From a virus (lineage: Duplodnaviria; Caudoviricetes): 64,000 bases of DNA. Location: IMG/VR virus record IMGVR_UViG_3300025679_000005. One strand, written 5' to 3'. The notes beneath the pieces were generated by a model. That model did not search any database, had not been told where the DNA came from, and worked only from the letters and a program-made list of their open reading frames with translations. Positions 47,185 to 57,514 of this stretch are shown here, piece by piece. Numbering within the stretch: position 1 is the first letter of the stretch; each line of letters starts with the position of its first letter. A program made the position numbers and the translations under genes.

Positions 47185-50100
47185 ATGGCAACTGCACCTC
47201 AAATAGCTCTTCGAGACGGGTCTGGGTTTACTCAAAACCTGGTTCTGACTACCAATCTTGAGTTCATCTCCCTGTCGGGCACGGTGGACATCAATACCGT
47301 GGATATCCAGGTGTCGATCAATGGGGCGTCCTTCGTGTCAGACCCCAGCTTGGTCGGCCTCAATGGGCAAGTTTTCACGATCCCAAACCCGGCTTCTTAC
47401 CCAGACGGTCTGACCCTTGACCTTGGCGTAAACACAATTGCCATCCGAGCCATCGACATTGTGGGTGGGGTTAGCCCCGTGTCTTTGGCGACTGTGACTA
47501 TGGTGGCTCAAATCAGCGGCTCTGACGCTCTGATTCCTACGGGTATCCGCTCGAACCGCAGACGAGACTCGGTCGACATCCTTGCTGCCGTTCCGGTTTC
47601 TTCGAGCGGTTTGTTTCAGTTCGTCGGCTTCAACTTCTATGCTTCTGCCACTGCTGGCGGTACTGACGGATACTTCAAAGTCAATGCCACCCCTGTCACC
47701 ACACAGTCGACGCAGTTCCAAGAGGACTTGCTGGACATCTTCGACGCCAACACTGTGTTCACTGCGCAAAAAGAGGTTACTGTCAACGTAACCACACAGG
47801 ATGCCACAGGGGTACCGACGACCGTCTACACAAATACGGCCAACACCTTCGGCCTCACCGGTTCCCTGAAGTTTACTGGCTCTATGCAGAGCCGTGCCCT
47901 GACTCAATTCATCTACTTTAACCACATCCGATCGACGGGCGCCAACGCGGACCAGTTCATTGACGTGGACGCCTCGGCCCCTCTTTACTACGTAGTGACT
48001 GGCGTCTTCTATGACACGGCCTTGGCACAGGAACTGGAGACTCCCTACAGTCAGGAAATATTGGGGACGCCCCTCACCATCGACGCCTCAATCCAAGATC
48101 TCCCTGGGCGGACTCAGTTCCAGATCCTACTGGATTTCGTGTCTGGAATTCAAGCGTCGGACCAACTGATCTCTTTGATTCCTGGCTCGACCGTCAGAGA
48201 CATCACCATCGACCCGTTTGCCAGTGAGGCTGAGCGCCTCTGGTTCATCATCGATTTCGTCCACAAGTCTTCGAGCTTCCTGACGCTCCTACAAATCGAC
48301 GACACTAACAACGACGGAGTGTCCGATCCGGTTGTCAGCAGCCCATACAAGCAGGCTTTGAGAGCCGCATTAGGCCTTCAGACCGACGCCGCCGTTCAAC
48401 AGCTTATTGACGTACAGTTCGACAAGTTGGCCAACAACTTCATGAAGCCTAGGTTGCCGGGACGCCCTGCGGTGGGTCAGGTAGTATTTTACACGCCAAC
48501 TAGGCCTACTCTGGATATCACGATTGCTTCCGGGTCTATCGTGTCTACGGACGCGGATCCAGCCAACAACTTGCCCTCAGTGCGGTACTTGGTTGGTGGT
48601 ACGTTTGTGCTCCCAGCAGCACAGGCAGGCGCCTTCTACAACTTCAGCACCCGTCGTTACGAGATCATCGCAGATGTGGTCGCACAGACTATCGGCAGTG
48701 ATGGCAATCGTTCAGCCGGCGAGATCGTAAACATCGTCAGTTCTGTTGGTGGGATGCAGGTCACGAACACCGAATCAACTGTTTTCGGTACTGATCGTGA
48801 GAGCAACGGCGACCTAGCCGCACGTGCAATGCTTGGCTTCGTGTCGGTGGACACAGGTACTGAGGGCGGATACACCGCCACAGCTGCGGGCCAGGTCGGT
48901 ATCGTCAAGAACAAGATCGTCAAGTCGGGCGACCCCTTGATGATGCGCGACTACGACGAAGTTCGCCACAAGCACATCGGCGGCAAGGTAGACGTGTGGA
49001 TCCAAGGTCTTCGGGAGCGCACTGTCGTGGAGAGGTTCGCCTTCTCCTTCGATCTGGCCACGGACATCCGATGCCAGATCATAGACCTACCCAACTTGAT
49101 TTTCCGAGTCCTTGACAGCCGTGTGACCCCCAACTCTCCTATCGTAGAGATTTTGGACAATCTTAGCCAGAACCAGGGCGTTCGAAACGCCACTCAGGGA
49201 TTGAACTACAATTTGTCGGGGGTAGTGATCATCGACTACCAGACCTTCCAGGTCAATACCTCTATAGCTCAACCGGTCACTGCCATTGATGACATCGTGA
49301 CGGCTGACTACCGTTTCCGTTCTGTAAACCAGTTCAAGTTTACGCTTCAGCCGGTTCGTAGGGTGATCTCGGTGGTGGGCGAGGCCTCGGGTGCCCTTGA
49401 TGTGACCGCCGGGTTCAGCTTGTTCAAGACGGAAGACCCCCTACTCAACGGGGAGAGCACGATCGCAAGTGACTACTTAGTCATCAACCAAATAGGTGGC
49501 GTGCCTACGGGTGCATCGATCCCAGTCAACGACGAAGAACACGTGATCATAGGCTTCTTCGAGGAGTCCTTAGCATCGATCGGTATCAACACTACGACAA
49601 TCAGGGTGTTCAACCAGGCCCGCTCAATCGAATACGCGGGTCCTGGGTCGGCTATTCCTGACTTTGATATCGTGGCAGGTACCTCGACGACGCCTGTCAA
49701 GATCGTGCGCACTAATCCCTCGAACATTGTGAGCGGTCAGACGGTGTCGGTGGATTATACCCACGACGAAAACTTCACGGCCACCTACGTGATCAATGAC
49801 CTCCTGCAACAGCTCCAACGCACGATCAGTAGCCGCAGGCACGCCACTGCCGACGTGCTCGTGAAGCAGTCCATCCTCAATGACGTAGCCTTGGAGACAA
49901 CGGTTCAGCTCAAGCCAGGGGCTACCAAAGACAAGGTGGACCCGGCCGTCCGATCGTCAGTGTCCATAGAGTTGGATCAGAAGCTCATTGGCCAGGGTGT
50001 AGCTCAATCGGACATCATCAATGCCGTGGATTCTACGGATGGCGTGGACTTCCAGGTGATACCCATGGCTAAAATGGGGTACGCCGATGGTTCGAGGAAG

Positions 50101-50598
50101 CTTAGGGAGAGCATCCTCTCGACCGCCAACCGAACCCCTAGCCTGGACATCGGGGGTAACCAGGTCTTTATCCTCACCAACTCGTTGAAGTTCCCCACCA
50201 CAGACGGTGGCGGCCTGGTAACAGAGCACCGTGGAGTGTTCTCGGACGATGAGGCCCTGGTTCTGTCTGGCGCTATGCCTTCTGTGGGCCAGTTCTCGAA
50301 CCAGGCCTACATCTTGGGTTCGGAAGGTGCAATCATTGCCGGCTACAGCGACGACGCCACTTTGATCGCCGCAGGGTTCACGACAGCGACCATCGTCGCA
50401 GCAGAGAGGCTAAGCTTGACGGCGAACCACGTCTTGTTGAGCCTCTCCGGAGCAGGGATCCCGCCAGACGCCCCTTCCGACCACGTGTACGCTGTCAGCT
50501 ACACCATTCGTGGCGATATCGGGCCGCACGACATCACGGCAACACAGGTTGAGGCACTTGACCTAGGTGCTCTGACTTTGACGCTCAGGAGCGCCTGA
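47185..50598 (+). CDS. Baseplate J-like (gp6-like) wedge protein, enlarged
   Basis: DPFASEAERL, FDKLANNF, AVGQVVFYT, GTDRESNGDLAARA, GGKVDVWIQG motifs. Confidence 0.85.
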   Translation: MATAPQIALRDGSGFTQNLVLTTNLEFISLSGTVDINTVDIQVSINGASFVSDPSLVGLNGQVFTIPNPASYPDGLTLDLGVNTIAIRAIDIVGGVSPVSLATVTMVAQISGSDALIPTGIRSNRRRDSVDILAAVPVSSSGLFQFVGFNFYASATAGGTDGYFKVNATPVTTQSTQFQEDLLDIFDANTVFTAQKEVTVNVTTQDATGVPTTVYTNTANTFGLTGSLKFTGSMQSRALTQFIYFNHIRSTGANADQFIDVDASAPLYYVVTGVFYDTALAQELETPYSQEILGTPLTIDASIQDLPGRTQFQILLDFVSGIQASDQLISLIPGSTVRDITIDPFASEAERLWFIIDFVHKSSSFLTLLQIDDTNNDGVSDPVVSSPYKQALRAALGLQTDAAVQQLIDVQFDKLANNFMKPRLPGRPAVGQVVFYTPTRPTLDITIASGSIVSTDADPANNLPSVRYLVGGTFVLPAAQAGAFYNFSTRRYEIIADVVAQTIGSDGNRSAGEIVNIVSSVGGMQVTNTESTVFGTDRESNGDLAARAMLGFVSVDTGTEGGYTATAAGQVGIVKNKIVKSGDPLMMRDYDEVRHKHIGGKVDVWIQGLRERTVVERFAFSFDLATDIRCQIIDLPNLIFRVLDSRVTPNSPIVEILDNLSQNQGVRNATQGLNYNLSGVVIIDYQTFQVNTSIAQPVTAIDDIVTADYRFRSVNQFKFTLQPVRRVISVVGEASGALDVTAGFSLFKTEDPLLNGESTIASDYLVINQIGGVPTGASIPVNDEEHVIIGFFEESLASIGINTTTIRVFNQARSIEYAGPGSAIPDFDIVAGTSTTPVKIVRTNPSNIVSGQTVSVDYTHDENFTATYVINDLLQQLQRTISSRRHATADVLVKQSILNDVALETTVQLKPGATKDKVDPAVRSSVSIELDQKLIGQGVAQSDIINAVDSTDGVDFQVIPMAKMGYADGSRKLRESILSTANRTPSLDIGGNQVFILTNSLKFPTTDGGGLVTEHRGVFSDDEALVLSGAMPSVGQFSNQAYILGSEGAIIAGYSDDATLIAAGFTTATIVAAERLSLTANHVLLSLSGAGIPPDAPSDHVYAVSYTIRGDIGPHDITATQVEALDLGALTLTLRSA

Positions 50599-51401
50599 TG
50601 GCTCGTTTCACAATCGACCCCAACCGGATAAATTTCTCTGTGGAGAGATCCGGCAAGGAATACAATCTCAGAGTCCTGCAACGTTCTCAGTCTATTTTTA
50701 CATCTCTACTGAATTTATTGCCCAGTAACTACGTCAGTGCCATCTGCGGCCCGAATTACAGTGTGGAGCTAAAAGCGGTCGCGGTCGAAATGGCCCGCAT
50801 AGAGCTGGCTCTAGAAGACGTGGACATGGATCGGGACTTCACTCGCACCCGTTCTGAATTCCTCTACAGCATCATTGGGTACTTGGCGTTCCTGAGCAAT
50901 AAGCTTCCAACCCTTGATTTCGACGACACTGAATTCCGTACTTTCCTGCTATCTTTGATCAGGATCTACTTCCAAGGGTCGATACCAGAGTCCATCAAGG
51001 ATGCCGTGTCTCTGTTCATTTCTGAGGATTTCCAAGTACTTGAGAACTTTCTATTGACCCGAGCGGGTGCTTCCGGCCTCGATATTTCAGATCAATTCGG
51101 CTTCCAAATCAACATCAACATCGATGGGACCTTCCCACCGGGATTGTTCGATCTGCAGTCCTCGATTCGAATCATCCTCGATATCATCCGGCCGGCGCAC
51201 ACCCTGTTCCAGATCAGGTTCATTTTCAAGGATAACTACAAGCCCAATTCAGGGAAGATCTTGGATGCCCTGCGTTGGCGACTCTCGGACTACCATTATG
51301 AGGATTATAGGTCTTATTGGACGGGTATAAGAGACCGTGACCGTTTGGGCCAGAAGATGAATCGCCAGGTGTCGGACGAGGATCATTCGGACGATTTCTA
51401 A
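50598..51401 (+). CDS. Baseplate I-like (gp7-like) wedge protein
   Basis: Follows J-like gene; EFLYSIIGY, FQGSIPESIKDAV, LDIIRPAHTLF motifs. Confidence 0.7.
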   Translation: MARFTIDPNRINFSVERSGKEYNLRVLQRSQSIFTSLLNLLPSNYVSAICGPNYSVELKAVAVEMARIELALEDVDMDRDFTRTRSEFLYSIIGYLAFLSNKLPTLDFDDTEFRTFLLSLIRIYFQGSIPESIKDAVSLFISEDFQVLENFLLTRAGASGLDISDQFGFQININIDGTFPPGLFDLQSSIRIILDIIRPAHTLFQIRFIFKDNYKPNSGKILDALRWRLSDYHYEDYRSYWTGIRDRDRLGQKMNRQVSDEDHSDDF

Positions 51402-51412
51402 GGGAGTGAGCA

Positions 51413-54400
51413 GTGATCGATGTCGTACTGGCAACAGATGTAATCGGAACCATCACAAACTCCGGCTATGCGGAGATCCTGGACGACGACATCCGCGTCA
51501 CAGACCAGACCCTAGTTGAGACTATTTTCGCTCGGGTCCTCTCTGACTCTGTAGCTGTCACAGACGGTATCGCCACCAGTTTCGAATACGGTATGGTCCT
51601 CTCTGACTCTGTCTCTGTCACCGACTCAGTCTTTGACGGGATCATCAATGTCTCGGTTTCGGACGCTGCCGGTGTCACAGACCAGACCCTAGTTGAGACT
51701 ATTTTCGCTCAGGATACCGTCGGCGTCACAGACAGTGTCACACTCAGTTTCGAATACGGTATGGTCCTCTCTGACTCTGTAGCTGTCACAGACGGTATCG
51801 CCACCAGTTTCGAATACGGTATGGTCCTCTCTGACTCTGTCTCTGTCACCGACTCAGTCTTTGACGGGATCATCAATGTCTCGGTTTCGGACGCTGCCGG
51901 TGTCACAGACCAGACCCTAGTTGAGACTATTTTCGCTCAGGACTCTGTAGCGGTCGGGGACCTCACCAACACTTCCTTGGTCTATTCCGTAGCCTTGAGT
52001 GACACTGCCTCTCTATCAGACAGTTCGATTGCGGGTATAATTGAAAGCGCAGACCCGTTCGACGCGGTCAATATCGCAGACGCTGCCTCTACGGACATCT
52101 ACTACATCAGGGTACTTCAGGACAACCTGGTAGTTTCTGATAGCGCCGCCCCCACCACCACTCGTGAAGTGTCCCTGAGTACAGACATCTTGGCAGTCTC
52201 TGACTCAGTGGCCGCTGAGCCAACTAGCGGGGTACTCGTTTCGGACGTGGTCTCAGGGATCACGGACTCTTTGGCGGTCACGCGATTCGTCGATCGAAGC
52301 CCGGCCGATACGATCGTTATCCTAGACCAGGTCTTTATAGGAGAGACTCGTGATGTAGTCATCGGTACGGATTCTGTTTTGGTATCGGACTTCAGTCTAG
52401 CCGAAGCGATCAATATCGATGTCGTGGTGACTGACACGATTTTCGCAGTGCTCGACAGCATTGCTCGTGAAACCACTATTTTGCGGGTCTTCAACGATAC
52501 AGTATCAGTTACAGACGCTGTATCCGCTGCTCGCGGTGGCTTAGTTGATCGCGACCTCATCGACACGATTACTTTTGGGACTGACTCTGTCAAACAGATC
52601 CTATGGCCCGGCTTCGATGACGATCTAGATGTCTTTGATATTGTCCAGGTCGAGAAGATTGGGACCACGCTGGTGGCTGCTTCTGCGGACGGATTCAGCA
52701 TCACGGTCCCTTTTCAGAGCGAGATCAGCTACGATCATACAGGGGACCTAAGGAACTACCTCTTCCGACCATTGTTGGGTAGTCGTGGAGTGCCCTTCCA
52801 GATTGAAGGTGTAACTCCTGTAACAACGACCCTAGCTTCTGGGGGCTCCGGCACGCTGATCAGTGTGAATGACCCGAACTTCACTACGAATCTCTTTCAA
52901 GTGGGATCGGCAACCTTCAATGCCGGCACGGATGTAGGTAGGTACCTGGCGATCGGCAATGGACGGGTCCCTGGGGTCTACAAGATAGTTGGTGTGCCCA
53001 GCTCCACAAGGGTCCAGCTGGATCGCCCACTACAACTAGCGGATCCAGCTAACGGCACTTTTTCTTGGGTTTTCACCACAGCTATACAGGCTATAACTTT
53101 CAGGACTACTAACAAGGTCACCAATCAAGCAGGGTATACCCTCTCAATTCAAGGTTTGGTGACCAAAGCCGGAGTGCCTTTCGGACTTGCAGCCGATTTT
53201 ATCACGACGGGTATTCTTGGACCTAAGCTCTTGGGGGTGACACTTTCTGATGAGGGTCAGCTTGTGGTCAATTACGACCAACCCATGCGAACTGACCGGG
53301 ATATCGTGCTATCCTCCGAGTATACTGTGACCGGTCCGTCTAGTGTGTCGGTGCGCCAAGTGCAATCCGTTGGCCCATCCACTGTGGCCCTCGATTTGAA
53401 TGGCCTGAGCAGTGGCTCTTACGCACTCACGATCAATATTGCGGGTACTCCAAAGGACGTGGCTGGCAATCCTCTAGAGCCTGCTTTCAATCAGGCAGTG
53501 TTCACTGGGTCAGTGCCGCTGACCAATCGGAGTATATTCACGGATAAGGGCCCGATTTCAAAACCTGCCCTTTCGCTACAAACGGGTACAGGTGTTACGT
53601 TCAACAGCGGTGCAGAGGCCACTCTCACGGGTTCGACCCTGACTCCTGATCTGATCAATGAATACTTGAATTTTAGCGGCACCCTTCACAACGACGGGAC
53701 CTATAAGATTACTGGGGTGCTTTCTCCGACGAAGCTCCGCGTTCAAGCAAGTTTCGTGCTCCCCGATTCGGCGGGCTCTCCGGTCTGGGAGATTTTTGAT
53801 CCCCGTAACGGTGAGATCGCTGATGACCCCACGGATGTGGGGGTCTTAGTGAACGGCACTCCTGTGACGCCAGTCGCTGTAGTGGGCCTATTGGGTCAGG
53901 TGGTGCTGCCCACAGCTCCCGAACCAAATGACGATGTTAAGGTCAACTACAGTTGGATGCCGAATCCTACGGTGGACTTCCGTCGATTGAACTCCAAGGA
54001 GTTTCGTCTCAATTCCTGGAACGCTGACACCTTGTACGGAAAGAGCACGAGCCAACACAGGTATCGCTACAACAACACATTGGTTCGGCCCAGTGAATAC
54101 GCGCCCTTGGATATCCTGGCGACCCTCGATCAACCCGAGACCCGAGACCTGTACTACAGGGCTTTCGAACGAGCCTACACGGCGACACTCAATGACCCGT
54201 CATCCCTGCTCCTCAACAGCCCAATCCACAAGATCGCTTTCCCATCAGCTCAAAGGACCATCAACGAGGCTTTCATCACCTATGAGGCCGAGGTTCTCCC
54301 TGAGGCTGCAACGCCTGCCTGGGTGAAGCACGGTGCCGGACTGACATCAACATCGGCTGGTCTACTCACGGCCACCGATAACACCTCTGGGCCATATCCC

Positions 54401-57391
54401 GTAGGTCAGACTTTGTTTTGGACTCAAGAGCTGGATCTGACCTTCCCGCATGCCTTTGCTCTTTCGTGGAGATTCTACGGAGCTAGCGTTACCGCATACA
54501 ACGGGGTTTTCTCAGGCCTTGCTGTAGGCTACTCAGATGACGCCGTGGCCTATGCGATCGGATTCATTGAGGTCTCTGGGGTCAAGAAGATCGGTTTCCT
54601 AAAGCGAGGCTTCGCTGACGACGCTTCGACGGTTGATTCGTGGATAGGCGGCCTAGACAACCTAAGTGTTTCCACGGGCTTGCCTGTGACTTTCGACTGG
54701 AGCGTTCTACACAGCTACCGTCTATTCCGTGATCGAACAGGCACAATCTCTCTGTACGTAGATGGAGACATCCTGGCTACCTTGCGGGTGACCCCGGATC
54801 AGGTCCCTTTCTTGGAAGAAGTCAACGCTCCTTTCAACGAGCTACAGGGAGTATTCTTCGGCTCAATCTCTAGGGAAGCTGAGAGTGTATCCGTCTGGGA
54901 CTTCGTTCGCTATCTTCTTCTGCCAACCAACCCACTTCAGACCAGTCCCTCGTCATTTGTCAGCTATGAGGGCAATATCCTACCAGAAGTGGCTAGCCGA
55001 CCCTGGACTCCGATCGGTTTCCACGGAACAGAGTCCATCGTCAACAGTCAACTACTGCTTCTGGATTCCACATCAGCCTCAGACGGCTTCACTGCCTCTG
55101 AAGTGGGCGGCATAGGCGGTGACTACCGAGGTTTTGTTCGTCTAGAACCCCTGCTGTCCTCAGCCTCTGAGATTGTGGTGGACGTTGCTCCGCAGCTGCG
55201 GACCTACACCTACGGCGTAGACCCCTATGGGTTGACGGTAGCTGTAGACGACGGCAATCGTTTGATGCAGCTTGCTTTCTTCCCTAGCGCCGCAACCCCC
55301 AAGTTTAGTTACGGCGGACGATCTCTCCCGGAGTCTTTCTCACCCTATGTCTGGAGTGCCATGGGTGGAGGCTCAGCCTCTATGCTGGGGCGAGTCCTGA
55401 GGATTTCAGATACGACCGTGGGTGATGGCAAGGTCTACTTTATCGACGATCTCTCCCCTCCTGTTTCTGATAGCCGTGTAGTGTCTTCAGCTACCGACTA
55501 CATTTTTGAGTTCCGTGTGCAGGTGGTAAGCTACACCACGGATGGTGCGGGATTTGCTGGCGTATTCGGTCAAGTTGATGACGGTTCCAGAGCGCTAGGA
55601 CTCATGTTCGAAGTCATAGCAGGGACTAAGTACGTAACCTTCAATTCTGAAGGAGTGCCCCTGGGCAGTTCAGCCAGATTCGCATTCAATTGGAATGACG
55701 GTCAACCCCACACCTATCGCTTCGTTAAGAGCACGGGTGGAGACCTAGTCACGCTGTTCATTGATGCTGTGTTCGTCGGCACGGTGGCATACCATTTGTT
55801 TACGGCGACCGGTGGCACGGCCACCGTCTCATTCGGATCGTCATCGCCTCTAAGTGCGGGGGCTCTTTCGCAGGTGGACTGGCACTACTGCAACGTCTGG
55901 CGAACCCGGACCGATTTGAAGCACTATGTGGGCCTCTGGAAGGGCTATGATGCAGACAGTCTGACTGGGTACCACCTCCCTCTCAAAACCTCAGGACGAG
56001 GCGCTCAAATCGTAGGCAATGCCTTAGGGGACAGCCTTGCTAGCTTCATTGCTGACGGGGTCACCTCTGGGGACACCCTAGTCATTGACGAGGGGCCCAA
56101 TAAAGGCGTGTATGCCATTGCAGCCGTTTCGGGAGCTACGACTCTGACCATCGTTGGAACGTGGCCCTTGAACCCCACACTGACTAGTTACCGCATTGTC
56201 AGCGAAGTCGACTGGACTGCCCAGCACAAGTACCGTTTGATCAAGGACTCTTCGGGTTTGGTCAGCGTGCTCTACGAGAACGCTACGGATCCTATCATCC
56301 AGGTTGGGTACAATTCAATTGATTTGCCGGCCAGTGGCACGGGTCTTGTTCAGGCGGTGTCCAATGGGATTCCGTCGATTGTATTCGGTTCCTTCAACTC
56401 GGAGAACCTTGTCCAATCCTCTTGGGATTTCGTACGATACGGCATCTCTAGGTCGGCGACCGAGATCACTGCGGCCCCACACCACCAATTCCTCAATCAG
56501 AGGAATGTCATGGAGTCCCCAGAGCGCTTGACGACTCTGCTCTCCCACACACTTACAGACTTCTCCTCAAGCTCTACGGGTATTGTCCCGAAGAAAGCCC
56601 CGGAATTCCTCACTAATACGAATCTCCCTGCCTATACCCGGCTCAATGAGGGGACTCCTTTGGTGCCTAGCACGCAGGATTACCAGGTCAGGAGCCCAAC
56701 TCCCGTCAAGGAGTTCGTGTCAGCTCTGAACATGCCGCAAGACGTGCTCAATACAGCCAGCTTCACCCTCAATGACGGATCTGTTAGATACCGCCTCATC
56801 GTACCCGAGGGGGTCCTGTACTCCGCCTTGGATGTGATCGAAGAGTCTTCTGGGGAAGAGGCTCTGATTACTCCATTTGGAGATGAGGACGGCCATAGCT
56901 TTAGCGGATTCAACTACCAGAAGGAAGTCTGCCTTGAATACTCTGCCAATGTTCTCCCTGAGAACGATATTGCGGCCCCAACTCCCTGGATTCGTCAAAG
57001 CGATAACCCAGGCCAAGTTACGGCCTCAGTGGCTGGTGGTATTTTGACATACAGCACCACGGGCTCGGCCACGGTCTACAAGAACAACACGACGTTGCCG
57101 GATGCCCCGGGTCTACAGACAGAGGTTAAGTTCCGCCTTAAGCTGTTGGCCGACGCCACCTTAGGCACGGGGGACACTCAGGTACGCTTTGGTCTTTCGG
57201 CTCCTGGACTAACTTTGGCCCTGGCTTTTGTGACCACGCCTCATGCTGAGAGGTACGTCATGGCTGTTGACCTAAATAACGGAAATAATCTGGGGTCGGT
57301 TAGCTTCGACTTCCTCGATGGGGCCTACCATACCTACAGAATCGTTAGGGATCCTGGGGCGGGCGTGGTTCGGGTATCCATCGACTCATGA
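51413..57391 (+). CDS. Giant tail fibre/appendage protein (1992 aa): repeat stalk, Ig-like domains, four lectin-like domains
   Basis: N-terminal about 20-aa SDSV.VTD repeats; LVVNYDQPM...DVAGNPL Ig-like motif; four DW...HxYRL.R...V.L.VD ConA/LamG-like motifs. Confidence 0.7.
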   Translation: MIDVVLATDVIGTITNSGYAEILDDDIRVTDQTLVETIFARVLSDSVAVTDGIATSFEYGMVLSDSVSVTDSVFDGIINVSVSDAAGVTDQTLVETIFAQDTVGVTDSVTLSFEYGMVLSDSVAVTDGIATSFEYGMVLSDSVSVTDSVFDGIINVSVSDAAGVTDQTLVETIFAQDSVAVGDLTNTSLVYSVALSDTASLSDSSIAGIIESADPFDAVNIADAASTDIYYIRVLQDNLVVSDSAAPTTTREVSLSTDILAVSDSVAAEPTSGVLVSDVVSGITDSLAVTRFVDRSPADTIVILDQVFIGETRDVVIGTDSVLVSDFSLAEAINIDVVVTDTIFAVLDSIARETTILRVFNDTVSVTDAVSAARGGLVDRDLIDTITFGTDSVKQILWPGFDDDLDVFDIVQVEKIGTTLVAASADGFSITVPFQSEISYDHTGDLRNYLFRPLLGSRGVPFQIEGVTPVTTTLASGGSGTLISVNDPNFTTNLFQVGSATFNAGTDVGRYLAIGNGRVPGVYKIVGVPSSTRVQLDRPLQLADPANGTFSWVFTTAIQAITFRTTNKVTNQAGYTLSIQGLVTKAGVPFGLAADFITTGILGPKLLGVTLSDEGQLVVNYDQPMRTDRDIVLSSEYTVTGPSSVSVRQVQSVGPSTVALDLNGLSSGSYALTINIAGTPKDVAGNPLEPAFNQAVFTGSVPLTNRSIFTDKGPISKPALSLQTGTGVTFNSGAEATLTGSTLTPDLINEYLNFSGTLHNDGTYKITGVLSPTKLRVQASFVLPDSAGSPVWEIFDPRNGEIADDPTDVGVLVNGTPVTPVAVVGLLGQVVLPTAPEPNDDVKVNYSWMPNPTVDFRRLNSKEFRLNSWNADTLYGKSTSQHRYRYNNTLVRPSEYAPLDILATLDQPETRDLYYRAFERAYTATLNDPSSLLLNSPIHKIAFPSAQRTINEAFITYEAEVLPEAATPAWVKHGAGLTSTSAGLLTATDNTSGPYPVGQTLFWTQELDLTFPHAFALSWRFYGASVTAYNGVFSGLAVGYSDDAVAYAIGFIEVSGVKKIGFLKRGFADDASTVDSWIGGLDNLSVSTGLPVTFDWSVLHSYRLFRDRTGTISLYVDGDILATLRVTPDQVPFLEEVNAPFNELQGVFFGSISREAESVSVWDFVRYLLLPTNPLQTSPSSFVSYEGNILPEVASRPWTPIGFHGTESIVNSQLLLLDSTSASDGFTASEVGGIGGDYRGFVRLEPLLSSASEIVVDVAPQLRTYTYGVDPYGLTVAVDDGNRLMQLAFFPSAATPKFSYGGRSLPESFSPYVWSAMGGGSASMLGRVLRISDTTVGDGKVYFIDDLSPPVSDSRVVSSATDYIFEFRVQVVSYTTDGAGFAGVFGQVDDGSRALGLMFEVIAGTKYVTFNSEGVPLGSSARFAFNWNDGQPHTYRFVKSTGGDLVTLFIDAVFVGTVAYHLFTATGGTATVSFGSSSPLSAGALSQVDWHYCNVWRTRTDLKHYVGLWKGYDADSLTGYHLPLKTSGRGAQIVGNALGDSLASFIADGVTSGDTLVIDEGPNKGVYAIAAVSGATTLTIVGTWPLNPTLTSYRIVSEVDWTAQHKYRLIKDSSGLVSVLYENATDPIIQVGYNSIDLPASGTGLVQAVSNGIPSIVFGSFNSENLVQSSWDFVRYGISRSATEITAAPHHQFLNQRNVMESPERLTTLLSHTLTDFSSSSTGIVPKKAPEFLTNTNLPAYTRLNEGTPLVPSTQDYQVRSPTPVKEFVSALNMPQDVLNTASFTLNDGSVRYRLIVPEGVLYSALDVIEESSGEEALITPFGDEDGHSFSGFNYQKEVCLEYSANVLPENDIAAPTPWIRQSDNPGQVTASVAGGILTYSTTGSATVYKNNTTLPDAPGLQTEVKFRLKLLADATLGTGDTQVRFGLSAPGLTLALAFVTTPHAERYVMAVDLNNGNNLGSVSFDFLDGAYHTYRIVRDPGAGVVRVSIDS
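51497..51942 (+). repeat. Nested intragenic repeats including a perfect 180-bp duplication
   Basis: 51535-51714 is identical to 51763-51942 (period 228). Shorter sub-units occur three times (for example from 51497, 51674, 51902). Confidence 0.9.
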
Positions 57392-57506
57392 AATCCTGGA
57401 CTAAATGTGGTTAACCGCAGAAGCAGAGATACTCGCTGAAGCTGCGAAATGCGAAGTTATTTGTGCCAACTGTCATAGGGCTAGGACTTACGCCCGTAAG
57501 CAATAG
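57388..57506 (+). pseudogene. HNH endonuclease remnant (both termini kept, core deleted)
   Basis: ATGA-coupled MKSWTKCG* at 57388, then in another frame ...EILAEAAKCEVICANCHRARTYARKQ* ending 57506. Confidence 0.7.
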
Positions 57507-57514
57507 GACCCGTC

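Noticed and set aside
11211-51401. Bacterial extracellular contractile injection system (eCIS/tailocin)
   Set aside because: Neck/head-completion-like genes, a long TMP with chaperones and many homing endonucleases fit a phage better, although capsid and terminase genes are outside the window.
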